From: Candidatus Parcubacteria bacterium
GTDB lineage: Bacteria > Patescibacteriota > Patescibacteriia > PEXW01
DNA length: 64,000 nucleotides
Assembly (NCBI GenBank): GCA_003597955.1
Contig: QZJU01000020.1
Location: 13,459-77,458, forward strand
Direction of reading: 5' to 3'
The notes beneath the pieces are model-generated. The model saw nothing but the letters and a program-made list of their open reading frames with translations, ran no database searches and had not been told where the DNA came from. Every line of letters begins with the position of its first letter. Positions within the stretch are counted from its first letter, which is position 1. Shown here piece after piece: positions 28,106 to 38,367 of this stretch. A program made the translations under genes and the position numbers.

Positions 28106-30838
28106 TTAAATTTTCCTGGCTTTTTCCACCCGGACTATACCTCCCGGCTCAAGGATTGCCACATCCCTTCTGGCCAATTTGCCGGTCAACAAAGCGTTTG
28201 CCAGCGCATTATCAACATGCTCCTGCAAAGCTCGGCGCAAGGGCCGGGCACCAAACTGCGGATCAAAACCTTTTTCCGCCAATTCCACGATTGCTGGCTC
28301 CGTCACTCGCAAAAACACACCTTTTTCCTTTAAAATCTCACTTAGCTGTTTTAGCATCAGCTTGGCAATCGCGATAACCTGTTCAAATGTCAGAGGCTTA
28401 AAAACGATTATGGCGTCGAACCGATTTAAAAATTCTGGGCGATAGTATTGAGCCAGCTCTTTTTCAATCAATCTCTGCTTGATGTTTTCCAATGACTCTT
28501 TCGCCTGAATCCCGGCCTGAATAATTGCCGTACCGGCATTGGAGGTGGCAATCATAATGATGTTCGTAAAATCGATTGTCCGGCCAGTGCTGTCTGTCAG
28601 GCGGCCGTCATCCATAACTTGCAAGAACACGTTTAAAATATCTGGGTGGGCTTTTTCCAATTCGTCCAAAAGCAAAAGCGTAAAAGGGTTCTTCCGAATA
28701 GCTTCGGTTAAAAATCCGCTCTCCCCGGATTCGGGATTGCCGATTAGCCTGGCTAAGCTCGATTGAACTTGGTATTCGGACATATCCAAACGAATCATGC
28801 TTTTTTCGTCTCCAAAATAGACTTCGGCAACGGCTTTAGCCAATTCGGTTTTGCCCACGCCCGTGGGGCCCAAGAACAGGAAGTTGGCTATCGGCCGACG
28901 GGCGTCTCGCAATTCTGCGCGCGCCCGGCGCAAGGCCGCGGCTACGGCTTTGACGGCTTCTTCCTGGCCAATAACGCGTTCATGAATTTTTTCTTCCAGA
29001 TGCAGTAATTTTTCCGTTTCGGCTTCGGTCACTTGGGTGACGGGTATGCTGGTGCGTTCGGCTACGATCGCTGCCACATCCTCGGCCGTCACAATGCTGC
29101 CTTTGCCGTGGGTTTTGTGAACATAAACGGCGGCTTCTTCAGCCAGGCTCACGGCCTTTTCCGGCAAATAGCGATCATGGATGTAGCGCTGAGCCAAAAC
29201 CACGGCTTTTTCTAAGGCGCCATAGCTGAATAAAACCTGCTGTTTATGCTCGATGGCATTGGCTTTGCCTTCCAAAATCTGGATGCCGCCATTGGTATCG
29301 ACTTCATTCACCGGCACGCGCTGAAAAACCGAAACCAGTCCGGATTTTTCCAAATACCGATGTTCGTCAACCGGGTTGGTCGTGGCAATGGCCAAGAACG
29401 CGTGACGACCTAGGGCTTGGGCCAACATTTCCGCCAAATCCATTTTTACCGAACCTTCGGTGGAGAGACCCATCAAATTTTGAATGTTATCAATGAATAG
29501 GGCAATGTTGCCTGACCGCGCGATTTCGTTAAGGATGATATTAAAACGCTCCTCCAATTCGCCTTGGCGGCCCGAAGCACCGACCAAAGAAGCCACTGAC
29601 AGACTAACCAGTCTTTTGTCTTGCAGGACCGGCGGCACTTCGTCCGCGACCATCCGATGCGCCAAACCTTCAACAATTGCGGTCTTGCCCACGCCGGGCA
29701 AACCCACCAAAACCGGATGCTGCCGACCGCTTTCAAAAACCCGGAAAACTTCTTCAAACTCTTTTTCCCGGTCTAGACATAAATTCAAAAGCCCAGCCCG
29801 GGCTAACTGGGTCAGATCATGACTAAATTGATCGAGCATAGGCGTGGCTATGGCGGTAAAAGCCCGGTTCATGACGCCTTTAGAACGATATTTGGCTTTA
29901 CTTCGCCAATTCTGGTAGCTGCGGGAAAGTCTTTTAGTAATATGAATCCAAGCCACGACATTCCGCAATTTAATCTCATCAATCGCCAAATCCGCCAGAA
30001 TTTCATTCACCGTTTCGTCGTGTCCGACCGCGACAATAAGCTCGGTCACATCCACCACGGGCCGACTGGCAAATACCGCTTCCAAATAGGCGCGCAAAAG
30101 TGTCTCCACCGAGGCATGACTTAAAGCCGGCGGCTGCGCTTCAGTCGGTAATTTTGACAAAGCCCGGTTTACCCTTTGGCTTAAAGCCTGGCTGCTTATA
30201 CCCAGCCGGCCGAAAACCACCTGCGTATCGTTAAACGCAAAAAGCGCGGCGAATAAGTGCAGCGGTTCGACCTTGGGATTTTTTAAACGCTCGGCTAACG
30301 CCCAAGCGCCCTCCACGGCTTTTTGCGCTGATTCTAAAAACGCCGGGGCGATGTTTTCAAATCGCCCGGCCTCCCGAATGACATCTGGCCAGGCTAATTC
30401 AGGCGCGGGCACGGCTAGCAATTCGCTATCCCGATGTGCTACCAAAAGCCTTTCCTGCCGGGCTTTTAAGATTCTAGATATTACTATCAGATCGCCGACA
30501 AAAGAAATTGAGACCAATGCGTTCCAAAAATTTCTAGCGCCCAAAAATTCCAAAATGGAATTTAAGTCCAACAAGACTTTAGTCGTCAGCGCCTGCCAAA
30601 CTAAAATTGCAAGGCCGGCTAGGCCAAAAATAATCAAAAGCGCGTTAAAGCCTTTGTGTAGACCGCGCTGCAATTTTTCTTCAGCGATTTGCCAACGATC
30701 AACTTTTTTGTCCCAGACAAAATAACGGCCCATTAGCCACATGGCCGCGCGCCGATCCTGGCAAGCCGGACAAACACCTTCGGTCTGGAAGCACGCCGGG
30801 CAAACAATTATGGAAAATGGCGGTTGGGCTTTGAGCAT
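28106..30838 (-). CDS. ClpA/ClpC-family AAA+ chaperone ATPase with an N-terminal Cys4 zinc ribbon and a transmembrane anchor
   Basis: Two AAA modules (GLPGVGKTAIVEGLA and GPTGVGKTELAKAVA), with sensor and arginine-finger regions and a short middle region. The N-terminus is CPAC...CPAC followed by a TM helix. Confidence 0.85.
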   Translation of the reverse strand: MLKAQPPFSIIVCPACFQTEGVCPACQDRRAAMWLMGRYFVWDKKVDRWQIAEEKLQRGLHKGFNALLIIFGLAGLAILVWQALTTKVLLDLNSILEFLGARNFWNALVSISFVGDLIVISRILKARQERLLVAHRDSELLAVPAPELAWPDVIREAGRFENIAPAFLESAQKAVEGAWALAERLKNPKVEPLHLFAALFAFNDTQVVFGRLGISSQALSQRVNRALSKLPTEAQPPALSHASVETLLRAYLEAVFASRPVVDVTELIVAVGHDETVNEILADLAIDEIKLRNVVAWIHITKRLSRSYQNWRSKAKYRSKGVMNRAFTAIATPMLDQFSHDLTQLARAGLLNLCLDREKEFEEVFRVFESGRQHPVLVGLPGVGKTAIVEGLAHRMVADEVPPVLQDKRLVSLSVASLVGASGRQGELEERFNIILNEIARSGNIALFIDNIQNLMGLSTEGSVKMDLAEMLAQALGRHAFLAIATTNPVDEHRYLEKSGLVSVFQRVPVNEVDTNGGIQILEGKANAIEHKQQVLFSYGALEKAVVLAQRYIHDRYLPEKAVSLAEEAAVYVHKTHGKGSIVTAEDVAAIVAERTSIPVTQVTEAETEKLLHLEEKIHERVIGQEEAVKAVAAALRRARAELRDARRPIANFLFLGPTGVGKTELAKAVAEVYFGDEKSMIRLDMSEYQVQSSLARLIGNPESGESGFLTEAIRKNPFTLLLLDELEKAHPDILNVFLQVMDDGRLTDSTGRTIDFTNIIMIATSNAGTAIIQAGIQAKESLENIKQRLIEKELAQYYRPEFLNRFDAIIVFKPLTFEQVIAIAKLMLKQLSEILKEKGVFLRVTEPAIVELAEKGFDPQFGARPLRRALQEHVDNALANALLTGKLARRDVAILEPGGIVRVEKARKI

Positions 30839-30841
30839 GAA

Positions 30842-31234
30842 TTAAAAATTAGGCCACGGCAGATTAAATACTTGGTGGAGAAAATAGTACACCACGGCGA
30901 TAGGCAAAGCTAAATACCCTCCAAAGAAAATTAGAAAGCCAAACAGATACAGAATAAAGACGACTGACAAGACTAAAGCAACCACCAATCTGACAAAGAA
31001 GCTGATGGCACGGCCGCTCCGGCTGTAATCGCCGTACATGGGCACGAACAAATTTTGAAACCAGACTTTGGGGCTTAACCGACTCCGGTTGGTAAACTCA
31101 CCCACTTTGTTCAAACAAAAAGTGCTGAATCTGGCCAGGCCTTTCAGGTACCACCAAAACGGAAACAGTAAAATGTCGCCAAGGAATTCGCGTAAGATGA
31201 ATTTAGTCGCATTTTTGGTCAGACTTTCAGCCAT
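30842..31234 (-). CDS. Hypothetical membrane protein, possibly co-transcribed with the Clp ATPase
   Basis: 130 aa with two or three TM helices. Confidence 0.35.
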   Translation of the reverse strand: MAESLTKNATKFILREFLGDILLFPFWWYLKGLARFSTFCLNKVGEFTNRSRLSPKVWFQNLFVPMYGDYSRSGRAISFFVRLVVALVLSVVFILYLFGFLIFFGGYLALPIAVVYYFLHQVFNLPWPNF

Positions 31235-31290
31235 GCTTAAAGTATATCATCTGATTATTAAAAAATCCCGCCTTTTTTGAAAAGCCGGGA

Positions 31291-31530
31291 TTAGTCGTTT
31301 AAAAAATTCTCCTGGTGATTAAGTTTTAAAATTTCAATCACCTGCTCGGGCGTTAGGTGGTTACCATTGCGGTTGTCGTAAGGAAAACGCAACTCCCGCG
31401 TGGAAGCATGCACCAAGCGGTTGACCAGGCCGCCAAAAGGGTGGGCACTGATATCATAAGCCGCGCGGTAAATGCCGATCATCCCCTCCTCTTCGTAAAT
31501 ACAGCAGCCAATAACCCTGTGCATTTTCAA
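31291..31530 (-). CDS. Small hypothetical protein
   Basis: 79 aa, no recognised domain. Confidence 0.3.
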   Translation of the reverse strand: MKMHRVIGCCIYEEEGMIGIYRAAYDISAHPFGGLVNRLVHASTRELRFPYDNRNGNHLTPEQVIEILKLNHQENFLND

Positions 31531-31780
31531 AACCTCCTGTTTTAAAAAGTGCGGAATTTTTTGCTTTACTGACTTAATTTTAAAACAAGTCGGGTATAAA
31601 AAAACCGTTTGTCAACCCCGCATGCCTTTTTAGAGCGGGGTGGTTTTAGGTGTAGCGCTCAGTATTGTTGTGGTTATTGGTGGTGGTTTAAAGCTTAATT
31701 TAAAAACCACATCCCCAAAAACGATACCGATATCTATACCCAAAGCCTCTAACTACAACCATTTATCCGCTGGCAAGCCT

Positions 31781-33859
31781 TCATTGCGCTGGCGCCACCA
31801 GACCTTTGCCTTGGCCGGCAACATCATTGGTTAAATCGGTGGTTAAAATTGGTTTTTCGATGCGCAAATCCTGACTGGTGAATTCATCGCGGGCCGTTAC
31901 TGAAGTCTGATTCAATAGAACCAGCAATTTTCCCAGATCCGCCGCCGTGGGGGTTATGGAAACTTCAAACTTGGCTTCCAGACTGGCAAACAGACTGCCA
32001 GTGCCCGGCGGCACGCGGTTAATGCGCCAAACCACTTCCCGAGTTTCAGCGTTAAATACAACGGTCTGACCCGCAGTTACGCTCTGCTTGCCGGTCCAAG
32101 TGACGCCGTCAGGTAAAGTGGCGCTGACCACTATCTGTGAGGCTTCGTTGGTTGGATTGGTCAAATTCCAGCTTAGTTGGTAAAAAGTGGTCTGACCGAC
32201 CTGCGGCGGCAATGGCCCTGAACCAACTGGCAGCTGCTCTTCGCTGTAATAACGGGCTTCGGGTTCGACATTCAATTTCGTTGTGATGTTGGTCTGCAGA
32301 TTCTGCGCCTGGGTTTCAAAATTCTTGCCCTCCACATCTGCGATGCTGGCCACCGATGCCCGGGCCGAAGTGATAATGACGAAATTCCGGTCCTCTTGAG
32401 TCTTTATTTCGGGTCCGGATTTCAAAGCCACTCGCAACAAAATATCGCCGCTTTCGCCAGGTTTGACTTTGGCTAATTTCGGCACTTCCTGTTTAGTCCA
32501 AGTTATGGTCCGGCCATCCAACTTACCGGGCGTGGCGCCCGAACGGTTATCCAGATCCAAAATGCTGACATCCTGATTGCCAGCGTTCTTTTGGATAAAT
32601 TCCACGGTCAGGCTAATATCTTGCATTTCACCATCACTCTCATTTTTATAAGTCAGCATATAGTTCAAGGTTTCGCCCCAAGCCGCAACCGTGCCTTTGC
32701 CGGGATTGGTGATGGCGGCCCCCAAAGTTAAACCGGCTTTAACAATCGTGCCAATACCGCTGGCTTCGGCCTGGACCTCAAATTCTTTAAGGCCTTCGCG
32801 GCCGGCGCGGAATTTAAATTCCGGCGTTTCGCCCGGCGAACCGCCAAGGCTCCCGCTAATGACCACTTTTATTTTGCCGCCGGCCGCAAGCTCGGGAAAA
32901 AGCCAAATGTTCTCTTTTTCAGCGGGCTTGGGATCAGCCGAGGTGTATTTAAAGACTTCGGGATAATCAACAATCAACTTCACCTCGGTCAATTTATCCG
33001 CACCGGTATTCTCCAAAGTCACGGTGAATTCCGTGGGCGTGCCGGCAATGATGCGCAAAGGCACCTCAGGAGTGACTTTGAGCACCGAGCTGGAAATCTT
33101 TATTTTCAGCTCCGTGGTTTTCTGAAAATCATAGTTAAAATTCGCGGGGCGGTAACCCAAGGTGAAATTGAAAATCTTTTCTTCGTCCTGGTTGCCAACC
33201 AGCCGGCCCACAATAGTCACGGTCGCACCGGAATTTTTGTTAAGCGTGCCCAAATCCCAGGCGTTGTTAAATTCATTACTGGGCGCCGGTGTGGAAGATT
33301 TGAAAGTAAAGCCTTCGGGCGGCGTAAAAGTCAGTTCAGAATTCCGGATGGCAATTTTTTCGTTGTTTTTGATGGTAATGGCAATGTTGACTTCGTCCCC
33401 GGCCGCCGTTGCCGCGGGCGCCACTAAATTTAGATCAATCCGTTCGTTGAATTGATTGTTTTTTCGGCTAAAAACCAAAAAACCGGCAGCGCTAGCTACG
33501 GCCAGTAACAATAAGACGCCCAAAGCCCAAAAAAGTTTTTTGGTTTTGCGGTTCTTTTTAACGATCTTCTTCACGTCCTGAATCTTTGACTCTGGGCTTT
33601 CCGGATTGTAAATGGCGTCTAAAACTTCTTCCCTTAATAATTTTACCTTTTTAGACTTGAACGCCGGCTGGTTTTCGGATTTTTGGGTTGCGTTGAATTT
33701 GTCCCCCGCCTCCGCCGGGGTTTCCGCTAAATCTCCGTCCTGCTTAACCTCGGCATCAGCTTCTGGTTGCTGAACTTCTTCGGTCTCTGGCTCCGGTTCA
33801 GTTTTCCTTATGTAAATTTTTTTTGATTTTTCGTGACCGGAAGGTCTTGCTTTGGGCAT
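31781..33859 (-). CDS. Large membrane-anchored surface protein with a Lys-rich disordered N-terminus and repeated beta-sandwich (DUF11-like) domains
   Basis: 692 aa. A TM helix lies around residue 120. The extracellular portion is repetitive and T/G/S-rich. Confidence 0.5.
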   Translation of the reverse strand: MPKARPSGHEKSKKIYIRKTEPEPETEEVQQPEADAEVKQDGDLAETPAEAGDKFNATQKSENQPAFKSKKVKLLREEVLDAIYNPESPESKIQDVKKIVKKNRKTKKLFWALGVLLLLAVASAAGFLVFSRKNNQFNERIDLNLVAPAATAAGDEVNIAITIKNNEKIAIRNSELTFTPPEGFTFKSSTPAPSNEFNNAWDLGTLNKNSGATVTIVGRLVGNQDEEKIFNFTLGYRPANFNYDFQKTTELKIKISSSVLKVTPEVPLRIIAGTPTEFTVTLENTGADKLTEVKLIVDYPEVFKYTSADPKPAEKENIWLFPELAAGGKIKVVISGSLGGSPGETPEFKFRAGREGLKEFEVQAEASGIGTIVKAGLTLGAAITNPGKGTVAAWGETLNYMLTYKNESDGEMQDISLTVEFIQKNAGNQDVSILDLDNRSGATPGKLDGRTITWTKQEVPKLAKVKPGESGDILLRVALKSGPEIKTQEDRNFVIITSARASVASIADVEGKNFETQAQNLQTNITTKLNVEPEARYYSEEQLPVGSGPLPPQVGQTTFYQLSWNLTNPTNEASQIVVSATLPDGVTWTGKQSVTAGQTVVFNAETREVVWRINRVPPGTGSLFASLEAKFEVSITPTAADLGKLLVLLNQTSVTARDEFTSQDLRIEKPILTTDLTNDVAGQGKGLVAPAQ

Positions 33860-33915
33860 AAGTTATTTTAGTATACGAACTTTTCCTGATTTGGGAAAGC
33901 CTGAAATCTGTAAAC

Positions 33916-34677
33916 TTAAGCCGTTCGAATGAAATTTACGAATTTTTCCGCGGGCAACGGTCTTTCCAAAATTTGATGAAGTTGGGCCTGGGTAATACGG
34001 GCGACAACGGTTTCCGTCGCCACATCAATCTCAAAACTTTCTAGTTCCTCCCAAGTTAAGCGGTTAAGAGCGTGGATAAAACTTCGGGCTTGGGTATTAA
34101 CAATCGGCGCTTGGGCGTCAAAAGCCTGGCATTCCAAGCCCAACCATCCGCCTAAAATCGCGGAAAACCTCACGCCGCTTTCGGTTAAGGCTTTCCGACA
34201 ATGCACGCAGGTGTCCAATTCCGGACCCAGACCCAGCAGCCGAAAAATTCGCCAAGCGAACCATAGTCGAAAACGCGCCAGATTGGTTTTTCTTGCTTGC
34301 AAAATTTCCAAGCGATCAATAACTTCCTGCAAAAAAGAAGCCAGCATAGGGTCGGGCGCTTCAGTCTTGGTGGCCGAATCGATTAAGTTTAAAACAAAAC
34401 CCAGGCTGGCTAATTTCTCCAAACTTTGCATGATGTCGTTTGGGTAATGCCGGCGCTCCACAGCCGTAAGGGTTTCGCCCATTTTGCCCCGCACCAAAGT
34501 CAGTTTAACGGTTGCGCCCGGTTCCATATGACCGCCCAATTTTGCTTTTGGCTTCTTAATGCCGCGGGCAAAAACTTCCAATTTCCCGCGTTCGTGCGTA
34601 AAGACGCTGTAGATCCGGCTGTCTTCCCGCACATCACGGCGATTTAATATCACGCCAGTGACTTCATGCAAACTCAT
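33916..34677 (-). CDS. recO: DNA repair protein RecO
   Basis: N-terminal OB fold and a C-terminal zinc finger (CVHCRK). Its start overlaps the stop of ileS. Confidence 0.78.
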   Translation of the reverse strand: MSLHEVTGVILNRRDVREDSRIYSVFTHERGKLEVFARGIKKPKAKLGGHMEPGATVKLTLVRGKMGETLTAVERRHYPNDIMQSLEKLASLGFVLNLIDSATKTEAPDPMLASFLQEVIDRLEILQARKTNLARFRLWFAWRIFRLLGLGPELDTCVHCRKALTESGVRFSAILGGWLGLECQAFDAQAPIVNTQARSFIHALNRLTWEELESFEIDVATETVVARITQAQLHQILERPLPAEKFVNFIRTA

Positions 34678-37600
34678 CTTTTCACGCCAATTAACACCCG
34701 CGCCTTACCAATGATTAGATCCTTTTTGAAATCCACTTCTTCCACTCTCCCCTTTTTTATACTGCGGCACCGAGTTAAATCACGCAGAACAGGCGCGTGC
34801 TCGGTGAAAACATGATTCAGGGTTTCGTCCGCCGTCTGCCATTCGATCTCAACCAAATCTTTTATGGTCAAGCCCGCGGCTTTTCGCAGGTCGTTCACCT
34901 GTCTGGCCATTTCCCGCACCAAACCTTTATGTCTCAATTCCTCGGTAATTTCCTTGGTTAAACCAACCTTCAAACCCGTATTGTCGGTTTCCTCGCTCCA
35001 TTGAACATCCGCACCCGCCTTGGCAATTTCCTGTTCACCCGATCTGACCGTTTCGACATTCAACTCTTCGGCAATAATTTTTTCGTATTCCAAGGATAGT
35101 TTGGTTGAGACCAATGCCATTAAGAGCGGTTGTCTAACTTTTATATCCAGTAATCGCCTGAGGGCATGGCCTTTTTCAACCGCTCTTCTGACCACGGCCA
35201 TCTCGCTTAAGGATTTTTCGTTGAAACTAAAATCAGTCGGCCAGGCAGCCAAATGCACGCTCATTTCAGCGCTGGTTTCTTTGATCTCTTGATAAATTTT
35301 CTCGGCCAAAAACGGCGCGAACGGCGCCAGCAAGACGCAGGTTTTTTGCAAAACTGACTTGAGCACCGAGGCGGTGATTGGATCAAAATTTTCGCCCGGC
35401 CGTAATTTTTCACGGCTGCGGCGCAAATACCAGGTGGAAAGCTCGGTTATAAAATTTTGAAGTTCGCGAACAGCGGAAGTCGGATCAAAGGCTTCCATTT
35501 TTGCCGTGACTGATTGGGTAGCTTGCGCCAGCCTGGCCAGAATCCACTTATCCATCAAGTTCTCCGGCTGCAAATCTCTGGCGGCCGGTTTAGCCTCGGC
35601 CACATAGGTCTGATAAAAAATGAAAATGTTCCAAAAAATCAATATGGTTTTTTTAACGGTTTCCTCCACGCCCTTCAGATCAAAAAGCTTAGGTTCGCCC
35701 GGCTGGCTCATGGCGAACAAATGCAAACGTAAGGCATCCGCGCCAAATTCGTCAATCACGGCTTTGGGTTCCACGACATTGCCCTTGGACTTGGACATTT
35801 TTTGGCCAGATTTATCTAAAATCAAACCCAGAGAAATGACATTCTTGAATGGCGCGCCCTTGCCTAAAAGCGTGGAAATTGCCAACAGGGTGTAAAACCA
35901 GCCTCGAGTTTGATCAATGCCTTCGGAAATGTAATCCGCTGGAAAATTTTTGTGCTTATCAATTCGGTCGGCATTTTCAAAAGGATAATGCCACTGGGCA
36001 AACGGCATAGCGCCGGAATCAAACCAAACATCCAGAACTTCAGGCACGCGACGCATCTCGCCTGAACATTTTTCGCAAGTCAATTTAATTTCGTCCACGA
36101 AAGGACGGTGCGGATCAAACTGAATCGGCACGGTTAACTCTTCAAATTCGCCTTTTTTTGGATATGGGGTTTCAAAATAGTTTTCTTCGGGCAAACCGGA
36201 ATACGACCATTTTAAAATCCAGAGAGGATCTCCGTGGGAAACGATCAAAATGCGTTTATTTGTAAAATTCCGGATTGCGTTTTGCACTGCCCTTTGCATT
36301 CGGGTTTTAACTTGATAATAATTCTCTCCGCCGCCCAAATTTAAATCCAGGGGTGGGTATTTGGTTTTAAGCTGCGATTCCAATTCCGCCTGCACCTCTT
36401 TCACCGGCCGGCCTTCGTAATCTGGTTCGTAAATTTCCCTTAAATCCCGATCATAAACGATCTTGGCGCCCGTAATTTGACTCACAATTTCCGCCGTTTC
36501 CCGGGTCCGCTGAAAGTCAGAGCTGATAATAATATCAATTTCCCCTTTTAATTTTTCGGCTGTTTCTTTGACATTTTTTTTCCCCTCCTTGGTTAAAATA
36601 TGTTTGTGATTATCCTCAATCCGGCTTTGGACGATGGAAGGAAAATTCTTGGTTGAAACGCCGTGCCGCATTATTAAAATCTGCGCTGACCGCTTTTCCG
36701 CTTTTGAACCCCTGGCTTCTTGCAGGTCCTTAAAACTTCCAACGACTTTGACGGCTTTGCATTTTTCACAAACCCAAATGGGCAAAGGCGTCCCCCAATA
36801 TCTTTCTCTGGAAATAGCCCAATCCTTTACCTCCTTCAGCCACTCGCCAAATCGACCGGTTTTTAAATATGCCGGCACCCAATTGATATTTTGATTATTC
36901 GCTAATAATTCCGAACGCAAACTTGACATCCGAATAAACCAGCTGTCTTTGGCATAATATAGCAAGGGCGTTTCGCAACGCCAGCAAAACGGGTATTCGT
37001 GGGTGTAATTTTCCAGTTTCAGCAAAAGCCCGCGATCCTGCAAATCTTGGATTATCCCCGCTTCCACATCCTTGGCTTTCACGAATTGGCCTGCCCATTT
37101 TTTCACGCTTGGTAAAAATCTTCCAGTTTGATCAACTGTATGTTGAGTTGGCAGGCCTGCGGTTTTGCCAAGCTGATAATCTTCTTCGCCGTACATAACC
37201 GCGGTGTGAACCACGCCCGTGCCGTCAGCCGTGGTGACAAAACCCGCAGGCAAAACCGTCCAAGCGGTTTGGGAATTTCCCCGGTTAACCGCCCCGGCAA
37301 ACAACGGCTCATAGCTTAAGCCGATTAAAGCTTTGCCCGAAATCTCGCCTAAAACCTTATAATCTTCCAAGATGCTCAAACGATCTTTGGCCAAAATATA
37401 ATATTCATCTGCTTTTTTAACGACGGCGTAGTTTATGTCTTCGCCTATTGCCAGCGCCACATTGCCCGGCAAGGTCCAGGGCGTGGTCGTCCAGGACAAA
37501 ACATATACCGGCTCATCGGTTTTAATAAACTTTTTCAAAGCTGAAGAACCCTCCAGTGAGGCTTTTTCTATTTTAAATTTCAAGTAGACCGAGGTTTCGG

Positions 37601-38267
37601 TCACGGTCTTGTAGCCCTGCGCAACCTCGTGGGAAGACAGCGCGGTCTCGCAACGCGGGCAGTGCTGAACGACTTTATGGCCTTGAAACAACAAAGGCTG
37701 GCCCTGACTGTCGACATTTTGCGAAATTTGTTTTATTATCCACCAAACGCTTTCAATATATTCGGGTGTGTAAGTAATGTAAGGGTTTTCCAAATCCAGC
37801 CAAAACCCGATCCGGCTGGTTATCTGCTCCCAATCCTGGCGGTAACGCATTACGCTGGTTTTGCATTCCGAATTGAATTTGATTATGCTGGCCTTTTTGT
37901 CGCCGGAAATCAAACTCTCAATCTCTTGTTTGCCGGAAATTTTTAAAGCTTTTTCAACCTGCAATTCTACGGGCAGGCCATGCGTGTCCCAGCCGGCCTT
38001 TCTTTCCACAAAAAAACCCTGCATGGTCTTAAAACGCACGATTGCGTCTTTATAAATTCGGGCGAGGACATGGTGGATGCCGGGCTGGCCATTGGCAGTG
38101 GGCGGGCCTTCAAAAAACACAAAAGGCTTTCCGGCTTTGGTCTGCTCAAGCGTTTTTTTAAAAACTCCGGCTTTATTCCAAAAATCCAAAATTTCCTCTT
38201 CCATTCTTGGAAAGGGATTTGGTAATGTTTCTTCTGATTTTAACTTCCTGGGTTTTTTGGCACGCAT
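34674..38267 (-). CDS. ileS: Isoleucyl-tRNA synthetase with an inserted histidine-phosphatase (PGM-like) domain
   Basis: HIGH region PPTANGQPGIHHVL, WDTHGLPVE, KMSKSKGN and an IleRS C-terminal domain. An extra insert of about 190 aa carries RHG...SSDFQRTRETA...IVSHGDP. It lies between PLPIWVCEKCKAVKVVGS and DPHRPFVDEIKLTCEKCSGEMRR. Confidence 0.9.
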   Translation of the reverse strand: MRAKKPRKLKSEETLPNPFPRMEEEILDFWNKAGVFKKTLEQTKAGKPFVFFEGPPTANGQPGIHHVLARIYKDAIVRFKTMQGFFVERKAGWDTHGLPVELQVEKALKISGKQEIESLISGDKKASIIKFNSECKTSVMRYRQDWEQITSRIGFWLDLENPYITYTPEYIESVWWIIKQISQNVDSQGQPLLFQGHKVVQHCPRCETALSSHEVAQGYKTVTETSVYLKFKIEKASLEGSSALKKFIKTDEPVYVLSWTTTPWTLPGNVALAIGEDINYAVVKKADEYYILAKDRLSILEDYKVLGEISGKALIGLSYEPLFAGAVNRGNSQTAWTVLPAGFVTTADGTGVVHTAVMYGEEDYQLGKTAGLPTQHTVDQTGRFLPSVKKWAGQFVKAKDVEAGIIQDLQDRGLLLKLENYTHEYPFCWRCETPLLYYAKDSWFIRMSSLRSELLANNQNINWVPAYLKTGRFGEWLKEVKDWAISRERYWGTPLPIWVCEKCKAVKVVGSFKDLQEARGSKAEKRSAQILIMRHGVSTKNFPSIVQSRIEDNHKHILTKEGKKNVKETAEKLKGEIDIIISSDFQRTRETAEIVSQITGAKIVYDRDLREIYEPDYEGRPVKEVQAELESQLKTKYPPLDLNLGGGENYYQVKTRMQRAVQNAIRNFTNKRILIVSHGDPLWILKWSYSGLPEENYFETPYPKKGEFEELTVPIQFDPHRPFVDEIKLTCEKCSGEMRRVPEVLDVWFDSGAMPFAQWHYPFENADRIDKHKNFPADYISEGIDQTRGWFYTLLAISTLLGKGAPFKNVISLGLILDKSGQKMSKSKGNVVEPKAVIDEFGADALRLHLFAMSQPGEPKLFDLKGVEETVKKTILIFWNIFIFYQTYVAEAKPAARDLQPENLMDKWILARLAQATQSVTAKMEAFDPTSAVRELQNFITELSTWYLRRSREKLRPGENFDPITASVLKSVLQKTCVLLAPFAPFLAEKIYQEIKETSAEMSVHLAAWPTDFSFNEKSLSEMAVVRRAVEKGHALRRLLDIKVRQPLLMALVSTKLSLEYEKIIAEELNVETVRSGEQEIAKAGADVQWSEETDNTGLKVGLTKEITEELRHKGLVREMARQVNDLRKAAGLTIKDLVEIEWQTADETLNHVFTEHAPVLRDLTRCRSIKKGRVEEVDFKKDLIIGKARVLIGVKR

Positions 38268-38367
38268 AAAAAGCCTGGCATGAATGCAACCCCTACTTTA
38301 ATGTAAAATCCGATTTTTGGCAAGACTTAAGGCTTACAAAAAAATCCAAAAATTAAAATGTTATCCT

